Positions 9,460-18,197 of a stretch of 18,197 nt of DNA are shown here, in pieces. The DNA lies in contig JAQGDQ010002002.1 of the NCBI GenBank assembly GCA_030141605.1, positions 1 through 18,197 on the forward strand, read 5' to 3'. Under the pieces are notes generated by a model. That model saw only the letters and a program-made list of their open reading frames with translations, did not search any database and was not told the origin of the DNA. The stretch comes from Tubiluchus corallicola (Eukaryota > Animalia > Priapulida). Within the stretch, counting starts at the first letter, position 1. Each line of letters starts with the position of its first letter. Made by a program: the position numbers and the translations under genes.

Positions 9460-10330
9460 TTTTAGGGTTTAAAACGTCTATTGAGCTGCCTGTTTAGGGT
9501 TCAGGACGTCTATTGAGCTGTCTGTTTAAGTTTTAGGACGTCTATTGAGGATGTCTGTTTAGGGTTTAGGACGTCTATTGAGGATGACTGTTTAGGGTTT
9601 AGGACGTCTATTGAGGATGTCTGTTTAGGGTTTAGGACGTCTATTGAGGATGACTGTTTAGGGTTTAGGACGTCTATTGAGGTGTCTGTTTAGGGTTTAG
9701 GACGTCTATTGAGGATGACTGTTTAGGTTTTAGGACGTCTATTGAGGATGACTGTTTAGGGTTTAGGACGTCTATTGAGGATGTCTGTTTAGGGTTTAGG
9801 ACGTCTATTGAGATGTCTGTTTAGGGTTTAGGACGTCTATTGAGATGTCTGTTAGGGTTTAGGACGTCTATTGAGGATGACTGTTTAGGTTTTAGGACGT
9901 CTATTGAGGTGTCTGTTTAGGGTTCAGAACGTCTATTGAGGTGTCTGTTTAGGTTTTAGGACGTCTATTGAGGATGTCTGTTTAGGGTTTAGGACGTCTA
10001 TTGAGGTGTCTGTTTAGGGTTTAGGACGTCTATTGAGGTGTCTGTTTAGGGTTCAGGACGTCTATTGAGGTGTCTGTTTAGGTTTTAGGACGTCTATATT
10101 GAGGTGTCTGTTTAGGTTTTAGGACGTCTATTGAGGTGCCTGTTTAGGGTTTAGGACGTCTATATTGAGGTGTCTGTTTAGGTTTTAGGACGTCTATTGA
10201 GGTGCCTGTTTAGGGTTTAGGACGTCTATTGAGGTGTCTGTTTAGGGTTTAGGACGTCTATTGAGGTGTCTGTTTAGGTTTTAGGACGTCTATTGATGAT
10301 GTCTGTTTAGGGTTTAGGACGTCTATTGAG
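9460..10330. repeat. ~32-34-bp minisatellite containing TTTAGGGTTTAGG, roughly 26 copies
   Basis: Unit CTGTTTAG(G/T)TTTAGG-type core followed by ACGTCTATTGAGG(A)TG(T/A). Confidence 0.95.
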
Positions 10331-10420
10331 TATTTTTAGTTATAACAACAGCAGCAAAAACACAACAACACCAACAGCAACAACAACAGCAGCAGCAACA
10401 ATAGCAACAACAACAGCAAC

Positions 10421-10920
10421 AATATATTATATTATATTATATTATATTATATTATATTATATTATATTATATTATATTATATTATATTATATTATATTAT
10501 ATTATATTATATTATATTATATTATATTATATTATATTATATTATATTATATTATATTATATTATATTATATTATATTATATTATATTATATTATATTAT
10601 ATTATATTATATTATATTATATTATATTATATTATATTATATTATATTATATTATATTATATTATATTATATTATATTATATTATATTATATTATATTAT
10701 ATTATATTATATTATATTATATTATATTATATTATATTATATTATATTATATTATATTATATTATATTATATTATATTATATTATGTTATATTATGTTAT
10801 ATTATATTATATTATATTACATTATGTTATATTATGTTACATTATATTACATTACATTACATTACATTACATTACATTATATTACATTACATTACATTAC
10901 ATTACATTACATTATATTAT
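10421..10920. repeat. (ATATT)n pentanucleotide array grading into (ACATT)n
   Basis: Direct reading; preceded by a short (CAA/CAG)n tract at ~10344-10421. Confidence 0.97.
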
Positions 10921-10959
10921 AGCCATAGACTGTAAATAACAAATGTAAACTACATAACA

Positions 10960-11097
10960 GGGACGATTATTACCCCACTTTTACCCTAAATGCCATGCAG
11001 GGCAACAGCAGGTACCATTTTTAAGAACTTTGGTATGGCACGGTCGCAATATCGAACTCACGACCTCCCAGACGGAAACCAAACGCTACCTATAACC
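10960..11097 (-). mobile_element. Degraded tRNA-derived SINE with Meta/MESC-like central domain
   Basis: Minus strand has a B-box-like GGGAGGTCGTGAGTTCGAT followed by GCCATACCAAAGTTCTTAAAAATGGTACCTGCTGTTGCCCTGCATGGCA, similar to the recalled MetaSINE core. Boundaries approximate. Confidence 0.6.
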
Positions 11098-11537
11098 GTC
11101 TGGCTTAAACTATTAGCTATTATCAATTTTAAAGATAAAAGCGTGGAAATCTTTTTTTTTGGCAAACATTTCTGACTCCATTCAGGAAGAAAGTATGTCA
11201 ATTTTGTTTTAATTAACTGCCCTTAATGAATTGCAGCATCTCTCCAGCGGACTGGCGCACGCAAACCGAGGCTAAAACCATTATGACTTAGACCGTATGT
11301 TCTGTTACTTTATTGACTGTTGAAGCTCATTTGTTTCCATGGTAATAAACTAAGAAATTGGATGAAAGTAATTACAAGACGCTGTCTCTGGTCATTACTT
11401 TAAAGTCAGATGTCACGTAGGTAATGTTAATCGCATCCGCAAAGGACAGACTGAAACCCCGGACTCGCCGGAAAGGTCAAGTTTGTGATTAATAGCGTTA
11501 TTTTCACCGCGCCTGCTAAAAATAGCGCATCTGTTAG

Positions 11538-11820
11538 GCCCCTTTCACAGTGAGGACGCGCAGCAAAACGCCTTGTGGAGAAATTACTTGCGGCGTTCCT
11601 CATGAAAATGGAACACATTGTTGTGTGGAGAAATTACTTGTGGCGTTCCTCATGAAAATGGAACATATTGTTGTCTGTGGCCCATTTCACAGTGAGGACG
11701 CGCAGCAAAACGCCTTGTGGAGAAATTACTTGTGGCGTTCCTCATGAAAATGGAACACATTGTTGTCTGTGGCCCATTTCACGGTGAGGACGCGCGGCAA
11801 AATTTCTCGTGCGGTTCCTC
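11538..11820. repeat. Tandem ~92-bp palindromic units (MITE-like) with one internal partial duplication
   Basis: GGCCC(C/A)TTTCAC(A/G)GTGAGGACGCGC starts at 11538, 11679 and 11771; inverted partner GCGTTCCTCATGAAAATGG within units. Confidence 0.8.
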
Positions 11821-11870
11821 TTAAAGAATTCTGCCGCCACTTAGAAGCTATGCGTCCTCCTCGTGTCTCC

Positions 11871-12026
11871 AAAAATGTTTTATCTAGCAGTTCCAACCGT
11901 TTAACTAACCGTTTCAGCATGAACATGCTGTACTTTTAAGAAAAATGTTTTATCTAGCAGTTCCAACCGTTTAACTAACCGTTTCAGCATGAACATGCTG
12001 TACTTTTAAGAAAAATGTTTTATCTA
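11871..12026. repeat. 70-bp exact tandem duplication, 2.2 copies
   Basis: 11871-11940 equals 11941-12010, with a partial third copy ending just before the splice donor at 12033-12034. Confidence 0.93.
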
Positions 12027-12034
12027 ATTCTTAC

Positions 12035-12150
12035 GTGAATGAAGTTGCGTTTTGTGAGAACTTTGTATTGAGTCCAGAAAGAAGTGGGCCATTTCTCGTC
12101 ATAGTAATCTTCATACCATTTTCTAATGCTGCGCAGATGGCTTCTCTTTA
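12035..12150 (-). CDS. ABCG: ABCG internal exon (VKRSHLRSIRKWYEDYYDEKWPTSFWTQYKVLTKRNFIH)
   Basis: cttgttacag|TA acceptor and CAC|gtaaga donor; 116 bp, phase 1 to 0. KWPTSFWTQ..VL..R.F is the typical motif just before the ABCG membrane domain. Not in the ORF track; translated by hand. Confidence 0.9.
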
Positions 12151-12379
12151 CTGTAACAAGGAAACCAATAAGCGAGAACTCAAATACATGTCAGAACTTG
12201 TGATAGAAATGCAAAACTGAAAATGGGCTATGAGTTCATAAAAACTATAGCAGAGAAATACGAGCAAACCTATCAGACAATAGTCGCCATTTAATTAATG
12301 ATAATTAATTATTAGTGCAATTAATCGTTTTGCGTTTTAGTTTGGCAAATGATGATTTGTTTTAGAAGCCTGCAAGCTT

Positions 12380-13056
12380 CTGATGGTTTACAAGACTCCT
12401 CAAATTGTGGTTTTGGTTTGAGAACTCATTTCTTCCTAGAATGCCCTTATTATTATCAGGTCAGAGATTGTATGTTCAGTCAATTAACCCTTTCAGTCCC
12501 AAATTATTTTTTTATAAGAAGAATTTTTTTGATTTGGTACTTTTGTTCAGTATGTCCATCTTGTTTACACATAATAATTATTTTTTCTACCTGTGCCCGC
12601 GTGCTAAATATAGCCTGCATCCAACGGGATACATTGGGATTCAATGGAAGCATAAAATGTGCTTCATTTTGCAACTGCTGATAATTTTTTAAAGTATTTA
12701 AGACATTTAGTGTGCCTGCTATGCTGATCCGTACAAAGTCGTCTCTAAAGTACTGTACCTTGCGCAGTTTTTTGTGCCATGTAGATTCTCTAGTTTGCCA
12801 GTATTTTTAGTCTATTGCTATTGGCTTAAATCAAAATAACTATTAACAGATCAAATAACTGTCAGTTTTAAAGTTTTATTAATTTTAAAGGCAGAAAATA
12901 TTCTCGTATCCCACGGGATACAACGGGTATGAAAGGGTTAAACATCTTATTCTTGAGTTTAAATACCAATATTTACAATACAGTAACAATGAACTATTGT
13001 CATCGTATCTTTGTGAAAGTGATGATTTTGATATTGCTATTAACTGTAAAAAAATT
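12380..13056 (+). mobile_element. Degraded LINE ORF2 C-terminal fragment interrupted by a MITE
   Basis: NCGFG...HFFLECPYYYQVRDCMFSQL before the MITE and NNELLSSYLCESDDFDIAINCKKI after it align by eye with the copy at 3945-4208 (NCGF...HFLLHCPLYQLARVVMFDKL...TNDLLKLLLFGKDEFNYVTNCKI). Outer boundaries approximate. Confidence 0.65.
12488..12937. mobile_element. piggyBac-like MITE, 450 bp, TTAA TSD
   Basis: TTAA|CCCTTTCAGTCCC...GGGTATGAAAGGG|TTAA; 13-bp TIR with 2 mismatches; internal repeated motif ATCC(A/C)ACGGGATACA near 12619 and 12908. Confidence 0.8.
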
Positions 13057-13104
13057 TTGTTTACATTAGGAGAACTACTTATTGCCAATCATGAGTATTT
13101 TTAC

Positions 13105-13280
13105 CTGGTGCATTGTTTTGCATATGTATTGCAATGTTGTTTTGCTTCATGTCTCCAGTACCACGTCCAACTTGTGCATGATAAACCGTACTGTTAGCAA
13201 AGTTCATGTCAATTAGTGATTCAGTTTCATCCACGTCAATCTCATCCAGTTGAGTTTGTCCAAATTCTTCCATGGATTCT
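13105..13280 (-). CDS. ABCG: ABCG internal exon, low-conservation linker (ESMEEFGQTQLDEIDVDE...MQNNAP)
   Basis: cttgttacag|A acceptor and CCAG|gtaaaa donor; 176 bp, phase 2 to 1, open frame bridging the flanking exons. Confidence 0.75.
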
Positions 13281-13375
13281 CTGTAACAAGGATTACTCAT
13301 TCGTACTGCTAGGTTTTCAAAGTAATTCTCTTACTGGATTGATACTGAATTACATTAATTCATTCGTTCGTTCGT

Positions 13376-14880
13376 TGGTTGGATCATATGTTGGATGTTG
13401 GTTGGTTGATTGGTTGGTAGGTTGGTTGGTTGGTTGGTTTATTCGGTCAGTCGTTCATTCATTCGTGCATTCGACTATCCAACTATTTCTCCGTTCATTC
13501 ATTTATTCATTCATTCCATCATTTATTCAAGCATTCATTCATCATTCGATCATTCACTCACTCATTCGTCCGTCCATTCGTTTATTCATTCATTCATTCA
13601 TTCATTCATTCATTCATTCATTCATTTATTCATTCATTCATTCATTCCATCAATCATTCAGATATTTATTCACCATTTCTTCATTCATTTATTCATTCAT
13701 TCGTTTCTTCATTCATTCATTCATTCATTCATTCATTCATTCATTCATTCATTCATTCATTCATTCATTCATTCATTCATTCATTCATTCATTCATTCAT
13801 TCATTCATTCATTCATTCATTCATTCATTCATTCATTCATTCATTCATTCATTCATTCATTCATTCATTCATTCATTCATTCACACATTCATTCCATCAT
13901 TCATTCAAATATTTATTCGCCATTTCTTCATTCATTCATTCATTCATTCATTCATTCATTCATTCATTCATTTGTTTCTTCATTCGTTTATTCATTCATT
14001 CGTTTATTCATTCATTCATTCATTCACACATTCATTCCATCATTCATTCAAATATTTATTCGCCATTTCTTCATTCATTCATTCATTCATTCATTCATTC
14101 ATTCATTCATTCATTCATTCATTCATTCATTCATTCATTCATTCATTCTTCATTCATTCATTCATTCATTCATTCATTCATTCATTCATTCATTCATTCA
14201 TTCATTCATTCATTCATTCATTCATTCATTCATTCATTCATTCATTCATTCATTCATTCATTCATTCATTCATTCATTCATTTCATTCATTCATTCATTC
14301 ATTCATTCATTCATTCATTCATTCATTCATTCATTCATTCATTCATTCATTCATTCATTCATTCATTCATTCATCCATTCATTCATTCATTCATTCATTC
14401 ATTCATTCATTCATTCATTCATTCATTCATTCATTCAATCATTCATTCATTCATTCATTCATTCATTCATTCATTCATTCATTCATTCATTCATTCATTC
14501 ATTCATTCATTCATTCATTCATTCATTCATTCATTCATTCATTCATTCATTCATTCATTCATTCATTCATTCATTCACTCATTCATTCATTCATTCATTC
14601 ATTCATTCATTCATTCATTCATTCATTCATTCATTCATTCATTCATTCATTCATTCATTCATTCATTCATTCATTCATTCATTCATTCATTCATTCATTC
14701 ATTCATTCATTCATTCATTCATTCATTCATTCATTCATTCATTCATTCATTCGTGTCTTCATTCGTTTATTCATTCCTTCGTTCATTCATTCATTATCTC
14801 AATCGTTTCTTCATTCGTTCATTCATTCATTCATTCATTCATTCATTCGTTTATTTATTCCTTCGTTCATTCATTCACTC
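13376..14880. repeat. ~1.5-kb (TTCA)n array with degenerate flanks, preceded by (GGTT)n
   Basis: Direct reading; source of the three spurious FIHS ORFs. Confidence 0.97.
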
Positions 14881-15098
14881 TACTTATTACTGTCCATTTC
14901 TACTACGAGCAAATGCGTTTTCAATAAAATCAACACATTTTTAAAGTGATGAAACCAATTACATTTGCGATTTTTAACACAAAATATTGGTTCACTTTTC
15001 TGTCGTGCAATCCACTCTCATTTTCCCATTTTTCTATTTTCCAAGCCAATTTTTTTTTTTCAAAAAATGACAACTAATTAATGTGAACTGGTACCTAC

Positions 15099-15162
15099 TT
15101 GAGTTCTATGTAAGCATTGATGATTCTTTCTTGCATGTCTTCGTCTGTGGAAACGGCCTCCA
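15099..15162 (-). CDS. ABCG: ABCG half-transporter, first internal exon in window: (x)EAVSTDEDMQERIINAYIELK, post-NBD region
   Basis: tttttcag|TG acceptor and AA|gtaggt donor; 64 bp, phase 1 to 2, compatible with the next exon. Position fits the segment after the NPADF motif of ABCG proteins; that upstream exon was not found in the window. Confidence 0.75.
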
Positions 15163-15410
15163 CTGAAAAAAATACATTAAAAACAATGAATGCATGTAAA
15201 CTGAAAAACATGCAAGCACTTTTGAAGAAAATGTTGTCACTGATAATATTGGTTTTGAAGATTTTAGGAAACACGTGATTTTTTTTAAGTGTCTGATTTA
15301 GGAAGCTGAACAAACTTTCTGGGATGGCAGAAGCAAAATAACCTCTAATCAAGTAAACTTTCTAATGAAACCTCCTCTACCTCAGCGCCATATTATTCAT
15401 ATTATTAGCT

Positions 15411-15918
15411 ATGATGAAGATGATGATGAGGAGGAGGAGCAGGAGGAGGAGGAGGAGGAGGAGAATGATGAGGAGGAGGAGGATGAAGAGGAGGATGATG
15501 AGGAGGATGATGATGATGAGGATGATGATGAGGATGATGACGAGGAGGGGGAAGAGGATGATGATGAGGATGATGATGATGATGATGAGGAGGAGGAGGA
15601 GGAGGAGGGGAGGAGGAGGAGGAGGAGAATGATGAGGAGGAGGAGGATGAGGAGGAGGATGATGAGGAGGAGGAGGATGAGGAGCAGGAGGATGATGATG
15701 AGGATGATGAGGATGAGGATGATGATGATGATGATGAGGAAGAGGATGATGATGATGACGATGATGATGAGGAGGATGATGATGAGGAGGAGGAGGAGGA
15801 TGATGATGAGGATAAGGATGAGGATGATGATGAGGAGGAGGATGATGATGATGAGGATGAGGAGGAGGAGGAGGAGCAGGAGGAGGAGGAGGATGAGGAG
15901 GATGAGGAGGAGCAGGAG
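15411..15918. repeat. (GAG/GAT)n purine-rich microsatellite
   Basis: Direct reading. Confidence 0.95.
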
Positions 15919-18197
15919 TACCAGTGACAATCATGCTAGTTAGTTGCTTAGTAGTAACAGATAAATTAGCTTAACTGTTTAAATACTAATTGAAGCTAAG
16001 TACGAAAATCTCGCGTGAAAGCGTCATTTCCGAAGAATATCTGGAACTTGATGTCGCACGTTTTATTCGTTAGATTTAGCCGGCAAAATCTCCGTTTCTT
16101 AGTTAAAGCAGCGTTTGTGTTTGGTTATCACGTGTTACATTTCACTGTGTGCATTGTTTACAAACTCCGCATTAGAGAAACAATGCGGTATCCAAGGAAG
16201 CCGTTGCTAGCACATTTATTTAGCCTGCGATTTTCCGAGTTTCACAAGCAAAACTGAACAAAAGGTCTGGGAAAAATTCAACATTTGAGGTCTGATTTCA
16301 CTAAGAAGCTGTGAAATCTAATGAAATTAGTGCCAAATTGCAAGTTACAGTTAGCTCTTTTAATTAACTAATTAACTCTTGTTTTTACCTTTAAATTTGA
16401 CCTTTCTGGTTTTTTAGTATAACATGATATGCAATATTAAAGTGGAATTGTTCGCATTCGAACGAGCATTAATTGGCTGTTCATCATAGTGTAGTTTACA
16501 TTTACTAATATTGTATAGTGAAAGCTTTCTCTAATCGCAGTCTTCACTTACGGTTATTTTCAGAAAAAGGCAAGTAGAGAATCGCTATGTTCTATTTAAA
16601 TCATTGAGATAGCGATGTGCTGGTATCGTTATGGTAACGTATGATGACCTTTTCTAAAGCACTCGATAGCATTTTTTGCAACGTCGACAAACTGGTAAAG
16701 CATTGCTACTTCCTTCAGAATTTATATAATTAATCGATAATGTCAGTAATAAATGATCGCTTATACAAGTGTTAAATGCAAATATGTTTTTTGGTCAAGT
16801 GTAGCTTTATGAAGTGCAATTGCTTTACTAGTTGTTGGCTGTTGCTTGTTACTCCAGGTTTTTGCTTCGTTACATTTTCTTAACTAAATCTGGAAAATAT
16901 TTAAAGTTTATTTTTTTGTGACTAATTTTTGCATTTTATTTTTAAATCATACATAGTAGTTAAATGTGATGCATTCATTCTCATTCCATTTTTCTTGTAT
17001 AAATGTGCACAAAGAGTTAAAACTTTGTTAATTAAATTTGCACTAGGTGGTGGTATCCCTTTATGAAATTCTTGATATTTTTGCACTGTTGTTTTTACAA
17101 AGGGGAATTAATGATAGGAGATTACTTGTATTGTTAACAATCAAGAAAACACTTCGGTACTTTTTTATTTACACCATTCATAAGACATTGCTGCATGCAT
17201 TTTAGTTTCACTTACAACACAAAATGCTAACAACATTCTTTTATTAGGAGTTTTATCATGAATAACTTCTCATTGATTAAATTTTTCATTACAGGCATGC
17301 TTTCTCTAATGCTGTATAAACTTGCATGAGAGAGATGCTTCGCTTTATAACCCAAATTTAATACTTAGTGGCAATTAATGAAAAATTCTGCAATTAAAAA
17401 CCACAAAATTTCAAACTTTTGATGTAGTTTATCTTAAGGTGAAAGAAAAAAGGAAAAAAGAACTAAAATTAGTACTAATACTGTTTTAAGAGAGGAGTTA
17501 ATAGATATGTGTTAATTTGATACCATGTGGGCTTTGTTCGAAGTAAAAGCCAGTAATGCCTGGCTAAGTAGACCTCTTACTATAATATAGTCGATATGCA
17601 GTTTTTCATCTATTTCTTCTGATTAGTCATATACAGTTTTATTTTTTGTCTTTTTCTCCCAACTTTATGGGCCAATGTTTTGACAACTTTTTTCTTGTGT
17701 AAAACTATGATTTCCTGTTAGACATTTGTAAGTTTCTGTTTTATCTCACCTGTGCTGTGATCATGGCCTATGATTTTATACTTCCACGTTTTTTTTATTT
17801 GCTGTGTTGTTTCTTTGCGATTGTATCTTTTTAGTGCAATGTCTTTATGTATTAATTATTTAATAATATAAAATAATTTAATAAATATTAGTAATTTTAT
17901 GTGATTTTCTTCCTGCTTTCTTTCACCTGAAAATAAACTGGCAGTCGTTTGAAACATTGTGTTTTTTCCTTGTTTTTTAATTGTGGGATTGGCTTAAAAT
18001 GTTTTGCTTTCTCTTTAACGCCACCTGTAGTGTTTGTTACCATGTCCTTTTTTCCGAAAACATTCATTTTGACTCTGTAGGGAAATGGAGCCATAAATTA
18101 GAGCACTGTTAAATGCTGTTAGCAATTCTAAAATGTGATTTGCTTTCTGTGGTAGACTTACATTTTTTCTCTAGATTTTACGGCATTTTTTTAACAA

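Noticed and set aside
10326-10922. 198-aa YYIIL-repeat ORF
   Set aside because: Translation of (ATATT)n.
13216-14949. Three ORFs of 500+ aa (FIHS repeats)
   Set aside because: Translations of stop-free (TTCA)n in all three frames.
15365-15943. Poly-D/E and Pro/His-rich ORFs
   Set aside because: Microsatellite translations open in several frames on both strands, with no unique coding sequence or fitting splice sites.
16000-18197. Further upstream ABCG exons, a DNA transposon near 16437-16830, and ORF 17897-18094
   Set aside because: No NPAD or Walker motifs found on the minus strand, no convincing TIR/TSD pair, and the ORF has no recognisable features.

Overview
AT-rich, repeat-dense eukaryotic DNA, most likely from an invertebrate animal. 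The window lies inside one spliced minus-strand gene encoding an ABCG-family half ABC transporter (white/ABCG14-21-22-like). Seven GT-AG exons join in frame and encode the NBD-TMD linker and most of the ABC2 membrane domain; the 5' and 3' exons appear to lie outside the window. The introns hold a 5S-rRNA-headed SINE with an RTE-like body and tail inside a large foldback structure, two LINE 3' fragments (one with a 14-bp TSD, one interrupted by a TTAA piggyBac-like MITE), a tRNA/Meta-type SINE remnant, and many micro- and minisatellites. The most unusual object is a 565-bp LTR-like element (8637-9201, TGTTGC...GCAACA, ATAT TSD). It has a TATA promoter, a probable short intron, and tandem ~34-bp hairpins, each centred on the exact 3' 18 nt of mature tRNA-Leu(CAA) including CCA. 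Repeat family assignments rest on recalled consensus sequences, not on database searches.
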